A stretch of DNA of 64,000 bases from Planctomycetota bacterium (GTDB lineage Bacteria; Planctomycetota; MHYJ01; JACQXL01; JACQZI01). A program made the position numbers and the translations under genes. The notes beneath the pieces are model-generated. The model ran no database searches, was not told the origin of the DNA, and saw only the letters and a list, made by a program, of their open reading frames with translations. Where the stretch lies: assembly GCA_016207825.1 (NCBI GenBank), contig JACQZI010000017.1, positions 15,478 through 79,477 on the forward strand. The letters are read 5' to 3'. The number at the start of each line of letters is the position of its first letter. Position 1 is the first letter of the stretch. Positions 28,125-36,572 of this stretch are shown here, piece by piece.

Positions 28125-29993
28125 ATGAGGAAATTATTATTAACCCTGCTGGGAACGGGATTGTCAATTATCTATTTGGGTTGCGGGTCAACGGCAAGCG
28201 AAGTAAAAAAACCGGTAACGGCAAAAGAACCGCCGCCGGCAACCAAGCAAGCCCAACCGTCGGAGCTCGTTAAAGAAAAACTCTCCTTGATAGAAGAACT
28301 CGGCTCTGACGACTGGGAAACCAGGGAAAAAGCACAGAAAGAACTGGAAAAAATGGGGGAAAAAGCGGAAGGCCAGCTTAAAGAAGCGGCCAAAAGCGCA
28401 AACCCAGAAATAAGGAGCCGGGCCACCCGTATCCTGAAACTTATTGAAACTCAAAAGCGGTGCAAACTTTCCGATGGCTTCTTAAGAGAATTCCCAAATA
28501 TTTATTATAATATCCTGGGGCTTTCCCCGGCGGGCAAATATGAACTCTTGGAAGAAGTTGTTTCCAAAGATAAAAACGGGCAGTTGAAATTCATCGGGAA
28601 AATCTCGCCCGCCGATATCGCCGTATTGACTGGCGAAATCTTGCGCGAGGACGGCAAAGGGCTAACCGATGACCAGAAAATAAAACTTATCCACACAAAC
28701 TTATCAAGCGGTTTCGGGCAGATAAACCAATCCGGCATACATTTGATAAAACTCCTGAAGGATCAGAACACGGAAATAAAACGCCTGGCCATCGAAACAG
28801 CAGGCTACATGGGTGTAAAAGAAGCAATTCCGGAAATCCGGGCTTTCCTAAAAGATCCTGCCGGGATACTGCGCGGCTATGCCGCCAAGACGCTCGGAAC
28901 GCTGGGCGATAAAGAAAGCATGAAAGACATCGCCGCGCTCTTAAACGACTCAGAAGCACTCCCTTACGAAGTAATCAACGCGCTGGTCATGCTCGGCGCT
29001 AAAGAATATGTAAATGAAATAAGACCTTTATTAAAAAGTGGTGATTCCTCTGCGCGGGTGGCCGCTGCCGTGGCCATGGGAAATTTTGGAGACAAGGAAT
29101 CGATTCCTCAGCTTATGGAACTGCTTGGTGATTCGTCGGATTCCAGCGTGCCTGCTATGGCGGCCGAGGCACTCGGCAGGCTCGGCCACAAGGAAGCCAT
29201 CCCGAAAATAATACCTCTCCTGGGCGCGGAGACATCTGATTGCCGAGAATATTCACTTAGGGCGCTGACCACCCTCAGAGCGTCCGATGCCGTCCCGGAA
29301 ATAATGAAAAGACTGAGTGATGAAGACCCCTATATCACCCAGCTTTCCATCCAATCCCTTAAAATTCTCGGTTCTAAAGAGCTTATCCCGAAAATGATTC
29401 AAGAGCTACAAAGCAACAGCGAGCCTTCCCATCAGGAACCCTACCTAAAAATCGACCTCTTAAACACGTCCGCCCACATGATGGCAAAGGAACTCTTTCC
29501 GGAAATAGCCAGTCTCTTGAAAGATTCAGACAAAACAACCGTCGCCGTAGCGGCTTTTTCGCTTATCAACGCAAATATCGGGATGACCGGCGAGGAAGTC
29601 CCGGAAATAACGGAACTTCTGAAAAAAGAAAATGTCTCCAGCGCCCAGCTTAACGAAATCTCCGAGCCGGTTTATGGATTCTTCCCGGAATACACCGCGG
29701 AAAAAACAGCCGGGTTACTATCGGATAAAAGAAAGGCTGTCCGGGCATCGGCCCTCTTAACATTGGGCAACTTAGTCCTAAAAGAATCCACGCCGGAAAT
29801 AATAAAAATGCTCGGTGACAAAGAACCACCCGTCCGCGCCACGGCAATTTCCGCCTTATGCAACCTCGAAGCGGTTAACGCCTCGGACTATATCAAAAAG
29901 CTTTATTCGGATAGCGACCCGGCAATCCGAGCCATGGCAGAACTCGCCATCCAATACTTAAAAACAATCGAGGAACCGCCGCCACAGGAATAA
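28125..29993 (+). CDS. HEAT-repeat (PBS lyase-like) lipoprotein
   Basis: Lipobox (LGCGS) and many ~30-aa repeats with AA.ALG..GDKEAIP.L..LL.D. Confidence 0.7.
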   Translation: MRKLLLTLLGTGLSIIYLGCGSTASEVKKPVTAKEPPPATKQAQPSELVKEKLSLIEELGSDDWETREKAQKELEKMGEKAEGQLKEAAKSANPEIRSRATRILKLIETQKRCKLSDGFLREFPNIYYNILGLSPAGKYELLEEVVSKDKNGQLKFIGKISPADIAVLTGEILREDGKGLTDDQKIKLIHTNLSSGFGQINQSGIHLIKLLKDQNTEIKRLAIETAGYMGVKEAIPEIRAFLKDPAGILRGYAAKTLGTLGDKESMKDIAALLNDSEALPYEVINALVMLGAKEYVNEIRPLLKSGDSSARVAAAVAMGNFGDKESIPQLMELLGDSSDSSVPAMAAEALGRLGHKEAIPKIIPLLGAETSDCREYSLRALTTLRASDAVPEIMKRLSDEDPYITQLSIQSLKILGSKELIPKMIQELQSNSEPSHQEPYLKIDLLNTSAHMMAKELFPEIASLLKDSDKTTVAVAAFSLINANIGMTGEEVPEITELLKKENVSSAQLNEISEPVYGFFPEYTAEKTAGLLSDKRKAVRASALLTLGNLVLKESTPEIIKMLGDKEPPVRATAISALCNLEAVNASDYIKKLYSDSDPAIRAMAELAIQYLKTIEEPPPQE

Positions 29994-30097
29994 AACGAAA
30001 ATAATATAAAACCCTGAAGTTTTCTTGACCTTAAAAAGGTATTCTGTTATAAACCCTTTTATCAAACAGTGTTAACTATTTAACAAGGAGATAAAAA

Positions 30098-31159
30098 ATG
30101 GCGTCATTTGAAGACCTGCTGGTCCAATTGGTAAAAAGAGGCGGTTCTGATTTGCATATCACGAAAGATTCTCCACCGCGCATCAGGGTGGACGGCAAGT
30201 TGGCTCCGCTTGAAGGCGACAAACTGACTGCCGCAGACTCCCAAAAATTAATCTACGGTCTTCTGGACCCATCCCAGGTTGCCCGTTTTGAAAAGAATAA
30301 AGAGCTCGATTTCTCTTTCGGTATCGAAGGCTTAGGCAGGTTCAGGACGAACGTTTTCATGCAGCGCGGCGCGGTCGGCGCAGTCCTGCGTATCATCCCG
30401 ACCAAAATAAAAACATTCGAGGATTTGGGGCTTTCCCGGCAGGTCTGCGAATCGCTGTGCAACCTGCCCAAAGGCTTGATTCTGGTCACCGGCGCGACCG
30501 GCAGCGGCAAATCCACCACCCTCGCCGCGATGATTGATTTCATCAACACCACGGATTACGGGCATATAATCACCGTGGAAGACCCGATAGAATTCGTCCA
30601 CTCGAACAAAAACTGCCTGGTCAACCAGCGCGAAGTCGGCTCGGATACCAACGAATTCAAAAACGCCTTGAGAACGGTCTTAAGGCAGGACCCGGACGTG
30701 GTGCTAATCGGAGAAATGCGCGATACGGAAACGACCGAAGCAGCATTGACCATTTCCGAAACCGGCCACCTGACATTCGGGACACTGCATACCAGCGATT
30801 GCGTCCAGACCATGAACCGTATCATAGATATCTTCCCGGCTTACCAACAATCGCAGATACGGACTCAATTATCCTTTACATTATCAGCCGTATTCTGCCA
30901 GCAGTTGTTACCGCGTGCAACCGGCAAAGGGCGCGTGCTGGCGGCGGAAATCATGCTTGCCAACTCTGCCATCCGCTCGCTCATCCGGGATAATAAGGTA
31001 CACCAAATTTACTCGGTCATCCAGACCGCCGGGAAGTCCGGAATGAAGACGATGAACCAGTCGTTATACGAACTCTATAAATCAGGCACGATAAAATATG
31101 ATACGGCATTGGAATACTCAAGCGACCCGGACGATCTGAAACGCCTGATGCAGAAATAA
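30098..31159 (+). CDS. pilT: twitching motility ATPase PilT
   Basis: Walker A GATGSGKST and the PilT-specific length and motifs. Confidence 0.85.
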   Translation: MASFEDLLVQLVKRGGSDLHITKDSPPRIRVDGKLAPLEGDKLTAADSQKLIYGLLDPSQVARFEKNKELDFSFGIEGLGRFRTNVFMQRGAVGAVLRIIPTKIKTFEDLGLSRQVCESLCNLPKGLILVTGATGSGKSTTLAAMIDFINTTDYGHIITVEDPIEFVHSNKNCLVNQREVGSDTNEFKNALRTVLRQDPDVVLIGEMRDTETTEAALTISETGHLTFGTLHTSDCVQTMNRIIDIFPAYQQSQIRTQLSFTLSAVFCQQLLPRATGKGRVLAAEIMLANSAIRSLIRDNKVHQIYSVIQTAGKSGMKTMNQSLYELYKSGTIKYDTALEYSSDPDDLKRLMQK

Positions 31160-31179
31160 GACAATAAAAAATTAACCCA

Positions 31180-31212
31180 AAACCCCGTTCTCTCGCGGAG
31201 CGGGGTTTTTTC
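31180..31212 (+). terminator. rho-independent (possibly bidirectional) terminator
   Basis: aaaaccccgttctctcgcggagcggggttttttt: a GC stem flanked by an A-run and a T-run, between convergent pilT and the HTH gene. Confidence 0.6.
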
Positions 31213-31306
31213 ATATCTTTAATGAACAACCATACTTATTCCACGCAGATAATATCTTCCAAGCGCCACATCTCCGCCCTCTCCATACAAAACACCAAGG
31301 GAGGTG

Positions 31307-31870
31307 TCAGACGACCTCTGTTCCCGGCATACTTAAACGATGAATCTCGTAACTAGTCCAATGTTTGTATTCTTCAGAATTTGATTGTACCTTCTCGAAT
31401 TCCGCGGGCGCAACCACCACCAACAATTCCCAATGAACCGGCTCATAGGGCGAGGCGGTATTCAAACGCACCTTCTTGTATTCCACTTCCACAAATTCCT
31501 CTTTCCAGTTGCGGCCTGAACCGGAATTGGCCTTCCATTCGACATAAAGGGCTGTCAAGCCCAATTTGCCGGAAAAAGCCTCGTCAAATATATAATACTT
31601 GTGCCCGCTCATATCAGATTTCGGCCTGGATTCTTGCAGGTATTTCTTCAGGACCTCGGCGCGGAAAAAATAAGGCCTTGCCCCGGTATGCCCGAAGGTG
31701 TAATATTTGTAAGTGACATAACGCTCCACATCCGCACGGTGGAACCGCCAGGCGCGGCCTGCTTTGAATGCCGGTAATTTCCCTGCCTTGGCTAAGCGGT
31801 AAACTGTGTGGTTATTTACCCGCAGGTATTTTGCCACTTCGTCAAGGGTCAATATTTCAGGAAGTTCCAT
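31307..31870 (-). CDS. excisionase-type HTH DNA-binding protein fused to an uncharacterised C-terminal domain
   Basis: N-terminus LTLDEVAKYLRVNNHTVYRLAKAGKLPAFKAGRAWRF (HTH_17/excisionase-like). Its start codon is ~90 bp from the 22-bp tandem array. Confidence 0.6.
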   Translation of the reverse strand: MELPEILTLDEVAKYLRVNNHTVYRLAKAGKLPAFKAGRAWRFHRADVERYVTYKYYTFGHTGARPYFFRAEVLKKYLQESRPKSDMSGHKYYIFDEAFSGKLGLTALYVEWKANSGSGRNWKEEFVEVEYKKVRLNTASPYEPVHWELLVVVAPAEFEKVQSNSEEYKHWTSYEIHRLSMPGTEVV

Positions 31871-31961
31871 AATAATATTATACCAAACCGGACACTATTT
31901 AGCAATATTTTACTCTATTTAGCAATATTGTACATTAACCCCTACCCTACCTACCCACCCT

Positions 31962-32262
31962 CTGTACGGTAGGGAAGGGCGTTCTGTACGGTGGGGAGAG
32001 GTACTCCGTACGGTATGGAAGCATACTCTGTACGGTCAGGAGCGGTATTCCGTACGGTATGGAGACACGCTCTATACGGTCAGGAGTGGTATTCCGTACG
32101 GTATGGAGGCACACTCTGTACGGTCGGGAGTGGTATTCCGTACGGTATGGAGGCATACTCTGTACGGTCGGTATGAGTATTCTGTACGGTCAGGAGAATG
32201 CACCTGATGGGTATGGAGAAGTATTCGCTTGGGTATCCGGGCACCTTCGCTATGGAATACTG
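31962..32262. repeat. 22-bp (44-bp higher-order) tandem repeat array, about 13 units
   Basis: Alternating ccgtacggtatggaggcatact and ctgtacggtcaggagtggtatt units that decay at the distal end. The gene-proximal boundary is cctacccaccct. Confidence 0.9.
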
Positions 32263-32284
32263 GGATTCTCCCTTGGGGAGGATA

Positions 32285-32460
32285 GTTTTTTTAACCTGAA
32301 CCGACCCTAGTATAGATTAATCCCACCTCTTGTATAGATTACTACCCGTCCTAGTATAGATTACAGCACCCTCTTATAAGGATTATATCCCCCTCTCGTA
32401 TAGATTATATCTACTACCCGCATAGATTGTACTATCCTATTACAGAATATACTCCACCTC
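32285..32460. repeat. degenerate ~23-bp tandem repeat with GTATAGATTA core (about 7 units)
   Basis: tagtatagatta / cgtatagatta / catagattgta units, immediately distal to array 2. Confidence 0.6.
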
Positions 32461-32486
32461 ATCATGGGATATCCATCCGGTATTTG

Positions 32487-33289
32487 TCATACTTTAGAAG
32501 AAGTTCTTTCCATGCTCCGTTCTGTACACCCTTGTAATGGACACGTCGGACAGTAAAACCAGGATTTATAAACCTCACCTAACCGCCCGGTGAGTTTAGC
32601 CTCACGCATTATTTTAATGGCGTTTTTTAGTTTCTGGATAGCCTTATTTTGCACCTTAACTTTAAAGGTTTTGCCCGGATATTGGACCAATCCATATTTA
32701 GGCAATTTATTATAGGTGGCTTCCACTAAAAGCGCCTAGGCAATTAATTGCATCCGAACCGAACTATAAAGTTTTTTAGGCGGTGCGGCGGATTTAATTT
32801 CAACCGGTATGTAATTTTCGTCTTGTTTGATAACATAATCAGGATAGCCTCTGATAAAGTAACGAGGAGCCGAAAGCATTTTAGCATCTTTTACACTAAT
32901 TCCTTTATAAACGATTTCCCCTGCGGGCATATTTGTTTCATTTTGCAAGGCTTTTGCTGAATGCCTTAAAACATACCATATGATAAAAAATAAAAGCGCA
33001 ATAAATAAGAACCAATAAATCATCTTGTTTATTTAAGCATTAAGAGGATGATAAAAGCTAATAAAGACGAGAGTCCTATAATTAAGAATGCAACCGACCA
33101 CCGGCTATAGCTCTGTTCTTTTTTAACGTTATCCTGCTGATGGGCATGGAAGACTTCGCCTTTATGTAATAATTCAAGGTCTGCGGAAATGACACCGGTT
33201 CTCCTGAGCCACCAGGCATGAGGGCAATAAAAGAATTCATTGATTTCTGATGCGCTAACCCATATTTCTTCGCGTTTATCCGGTTCCAT
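32487..33289 (-). pseudogene. Cas4-like (DUF83) PD-(D/E)xK nuclease, disrupted (one frameshift in a hydrophobic segment and one in-frame TAG)
   Basis: Three collinear fragments. 33289-33029 carries WVSASEINEFFYCPHAWWL (Cas4 N-terminal Cys motif). 33023-32736 carries GYPDYV...PVEIKS (motifs I and II) and ends ...MQLIA-TAG, where the QhxxY Tyr is expected. 32726-32487 is in the same frame and has the C-terminal CPTCPLQGC cluster. Confidence 0.5.
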
Positions 33290-33331
33290 GATTTTACGAT
33301 TTATAGTTCGCCCTGTCGTCCCCAGCTTTAG

Positions 33332-33687
33332 TTATAACCTCATTAATGTTTTGATATGTTTTTGCAATAGAACGAAATGATCTGATTCAAGCATGCCTAT
33401 TTTAGTTGTCAACTGCCTTCTATCGATTGCCATTATTTGAAACGGCAATAATACCGACTTCATTTTAAGGCCATTTACAGGTGAGGGCTCAACAGGGAAA
33501 GCAAATGGAAAACGAAGAGCCCCACTTGTTTAGTAAAAGGAATAATTACAATAGTCGGGAGAGTGGAATAATCATCTTCATCCTGAACTATAACAACCGG
33601 CCTGGGTCCGCTTTGCACATGCGTGTGTTGGTCTTTTGGAGAGGGTAAATTCGCGTAGACAATATCACCATTTTTAAATATCGCCAT
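33332..33687 (-). pseudogene. mazF: MazF/PemK-family endoribonuclease toxin gene with internal frameshift
   Basis: The N-terminal 70 aa (GDIVYANLP...GPRPVVIVQ...IIPFTKQ) match PemK/MazF. The C-terminal third (FPVEPS...VLLPFQIMAIDRRQL...) continues in another frame down to TAA at 33332. Confidence 0.55.
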
Positions 33688-33697
33688 TTGTTATTTC

Positions 33698-33970
33698 TCA
33701 TCTGGCTTCTTCATAAAGGCCTAATCCTTCTATTCCAGCCTGTTCTAACCCATGAAATTCTCTTTCGATTTCTTCGTTAATAAAAGGAGGATTTTCACTT
33801 ATATTATCCGAGCCTGAATAAACGTAGTTGCTAAGGGGGATTCCAATAAGGTTCTTATCTTTCGTCACTTCAACCACATAAAAGACAATAGAAGGCTGTC
33901 CCCACTGGTCAGACCTTTCTCTCAATGCCGAACTGTTAATTTCTTTGGTTATCATATTAATTTCCTCCAT
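33698..33970 (-). CDS. hypothetical 90-aa protein immediately upstream of mazF (possible non-canonical antitoxin)
   Basis: 10-nt gap to mazF and a 14-nt overlap with the upstream 238-aa gene. No family recognised. Confidence 0.35.
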   Translation of the reverse strand: MEEINMITKEINSSALRERSDQWGQPSIVFYVVEVTKDKNLIGIPLSNYVYSGSDNISENPPFINEEIEREFHGLEQAGIEGLGLYEEAR

Positions 33971-34673
33971 TTGGCGTTGCGGTAATAAATTTTATTACTT
34001 CAGTTTTAGCGTAACTATCCACTAAGTTTAGCAATTTCCCCGGCTCAAAATTCTTAGTGGGTTGCAATGGCTGCGGCCAAACAAATTGAGTTTCCACAAA
34101 GATTTTCTTGGTATATCTTAAAAACGATTCTATTTTAACTTCTATTTCACAAGGAATCTTCTCATCTTTCTTCGGCGGCATAACAAGCCTGAGGCCACCT
34201 CCAAGAACTGGCCGGCCTAATGCCGACAAACCCGTCTCATCTTGCCCCAATCTTTTTTCCCAAAGATACTGAAACGCATGCTGTTCTTTTGATTGATACA
34301 GATATCTCAAGCAAACATCTCTTTTAATGATTTGAAACGGCTGTTTCCAAATATTATTAAACGACAAACAAATCGCCTCCGCCTGTTTAATAAAAAACGT
34401 GCTGTCCTCTTTTGGCTGAGATTCTATAATCAATAATTGCCCTATTCCTATGGGCGTTTGTGCTCCTGCTATGATTTTAAGCTGTAAGTTAGGGCTCTGT
34501 ACTTCTTTAACAAAGTTAAAGCTGGTTTCTTCTCGTTGCGCCGTAACAAAATTAACGCCCTGCCCTCCCAGCTCTTTCTGTAAATCCAAAAACGCCTCTT
34601 TAGTCAATACTGGCATTGGGGCAAAGATATAATTTACGCCAAAGTGAAATGGTATTCTTGATTCTGTTAACAT
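33957..34673 (-). CDS. hypothetical 238-aa protein (first gene of the mazF-containing operon)
   Basis: ORF in an operon arrangement. No family recognised. Confidence 0.35.
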   Translation of the reverse strand: MLTESRIPFHFGVNYIFAPMPVLTKEAFLDLQKELGGQGVNFVTAQREETSFNFVKEVQSPNLQLKIIAGAQTPIGIGQLLIIESQPKEDSTFFIKQAEAICLSFNNIWKQPFQIIKRDVCLRYLYQSKEQHAFQYLWEKRLGQDETGLSALGRPVLGGGLRLVMPPKKDEKIPCEIEVKIESFLRYTKKIFVETQFVWPQPLQPTKNFEPGKLLNLVDSYAKTEVIKFITATPNGGN

Positions 34674-34976
34674 ATATCCTCTTTATATAATACGAGTTCT
34701 TACATTCAAATGCAAGTAATTTTTACCGATTTTGTATAACCGCTATAATATCGGGAAACGCTTTATTAAAGTACACCTTTTCCCGCGTTGCCATTCAACC
34801 TTTTTCCCCGCTAAGCCCTAAAAATGACACCCTCACTTCGGCGACCGGATTATCAGTTTCCTGTTTACCCACGCACCAGAAAGCCACAGGTGTAAAGCCG
34901 TGGAGCTTCATCGTATCGCGCAGATTTAAGACACCCCGCACCTCTTGATTATTAACTTCACTTTGGTAATTTCTCA

Positions 34977-36482
34977 TCACGGCACGGCCAATATATAATC
35001 AGCCACTGCCGGAGTTACGTTAATCGTGCCGAGAAAAGTTTCCCCAATCCAAATATCCACCGCATTATTTGCCTGATAAGAAAACACATTCACTTTAATT
35101 GAAGCCGTGTTTGCCGGAATATCCACATACAGCGTATTCACCTTATCAAGGTTTCCGGTCCACTGCCCCCAAGGCTCATTCGGATACCAGCCCTGCCCCT
35201 GGAGTTTATTGGCTTCAATCGTTCCGAAATCTACGCGTTTTAATACCGAAGTATCCGCCGCCAGAAACTCCAGATACGTAAAAGCCAGCGCCAGATACCT
35301 GCCGTCGCCCGGGACAGGGGTTGTTTCCACCTGCGAATATTGGAATTTTATCCTTTTGGCGGATGTATTCTGACCGGTAAAGTATTTATTTATTACTTCA
35401 ACCGAAGGCTTGGCTTCCAGTGTGGAGCTGAAGGCGCCGTATTTCAAATCGAGATCCTCCGCCCCGGCGCGGCATAAAGCAGTCGCCGGCGGATTATTCA
35501 AATCCATAAGCATCCAAAAAATCCCACCGGCAAGGTTTTCGTTATTGAAAATAATATCGGAATGGCTTGCCAGGCGGGTGACATTGCCTGATGCGCTTGC
35601 CCAGGCGTTGCCGGCGGAGGCATAGCCGTATTCCTGGTCGACTATGGGCATAGCTTTGCCGAGGCTCGCTTTTAACGTTCGGATTTTCGGCCCTAAATCA
35701 GCCGGGTCTTCGTAACGGTGGAAAGAGATAAAATCCACGAAATCCTTGGAATCCGCGGCTTTATCAATCTTCCCGAATCCAGCGGTGATAAGGTGGTTCC
35801 TGTCCAAAACACTGATATGCGCCGACATATCGCGGTAGAAGCTGAGGAGTTTGTCGTAATCCGTTCCGTATTTATCCACCAGCATATCGCCTTCGTTCAT
35901 GATATCCCAGGCGGCGATGGTCGGGCTATTGCGGAAATGCGGGATTAATTCCGTGAGGTATTTTTTGGGGGTTTCGTGGTCGCCATTATCGATAAAAGCC
36001 CAGCCGGGCATATAGTCAAAAAAGCCCAGTATTACCTTTAAGTTGTATTTCGCCGCGATATTGAGAAACCGCTGGATAGAGTTTATATAAGCCATGGTCG
36101 GGTGGTAATTGGTGTAGATATCTTTGCTTTCATCCGGATTATCGGTAGAATAACCGTAATCAATAAATGTCCTGACCGTATTCGCTCCGAGCGAGGAAGC
36201 CAGGGCAAGCTCTTCATCCACTTCAACCCAATCCCATTCGGCCATGGACGCCCAGGCATAGTTCCTGGGGAAGTAATTAAAACCTTTCATGGTAAAGGCG
36301 GAATTTCCATGCATGAATTTATCGCCGCTTGTGGTTAGGAAATAATTGCCGCTGCTGCCCGTATTGATATCATGGTTTTGGCTTCCGAAGCATCCTCTAA
36401 ACGCAACGGTAAAAGAAACGATTAAGAAAGCTAACAGCAGGATAATAAGCTTTAACGCGCGCTTTTTCCCCATATTAATCAC
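34977..36482 (-). CDS. secreted glycoside hydrolase family 5 (cellulase/mannanase-like)
   Basis: Signal peptide and the AWDIMNEG catalytic NE motif typical of GH5. TIM-barrel length. Confidence 0.6.
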   Translation of the reverse strand: MINMGKKRALKLIILLLAFLIVSFTVAFRGCFGSQNHDINTGSSGNYFLTTSGDKFMHGNSAFTMKGFNYFPRNYAWASMAEWDWVEVDEELALASSLGANTVRTFIDYGYSTDNPDESKDIYTNYHPTMAYINSIQRFLNIAAKYNLKVILGFFDYMPGWAFIDNGDHETPKKYLTELIPHFRNSPTIAAWDIMNEGDMLVDKYGTDYDKLLSFYRDMSAHISVLDRNHLITAGFGKIDKAADSKDFVDFISFHRYEDPADLGPKIRTLKASLGKAMPIVDQEYGYASAGNAWASASGNVTRLASHSDIIFNNENLAGGIFWMLMDLNNPPATALCRAGAEDLDLKYGAFSSTLEAKPSVEVINKYFTGQNTSAKRIKFQYSQVETTPVPGDGRYLALAFTYLEFLAADTSVLKRVDFGTIEANKLQGQGWYPNEPWGQWTGNLDKVNTLYVDIPANTASIKVNVFSYQANNAVDIWIGETFLGTINVTPAVADYILAVP

Positions 36483-36572
36483 TGACGATATTCCTAATAA
36501 ACAGCTTTACTATATTATTTATTACAGAGAACAGCCTGCTTAATTCCGTAATTTCGAGGAACCGTCATCCCA

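Noticed and set aside
31947-32310. Long ORFs in several frames on both strands running through the tandem array (31947..32156 -, 31991..32176 +, 32059..32310 +)
   Set aside because: The 22-bp unit is not a multiple of 3. The ORFs are mutually overlapping in all frames and simply reflect the absence of stop codons in the repeat unit. I treat them as artefacts of the repeat.
32736-32738. TAG read as a sense codon (genetic code reassignment), which would make the Cas4-like ORF intact
   Set aside because: TAG terminates well-supported genes in this window, for example arfB at 5983-5985. A second lesion (a frameshift) is also present. A pseudogene is the more parsimonious reading.
34795-34980. 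61-aa ORF and a ~20-nt match (cacttcggcgaccRgat) to the 3' end of the TolB-like gene at 36573
   Set aside because: The ORF overlaps the GH5 gene end and lacks an RBS. The shared 20-mer encodes a WSPK-like C-terminus and is too short to call a duplication with confidence.
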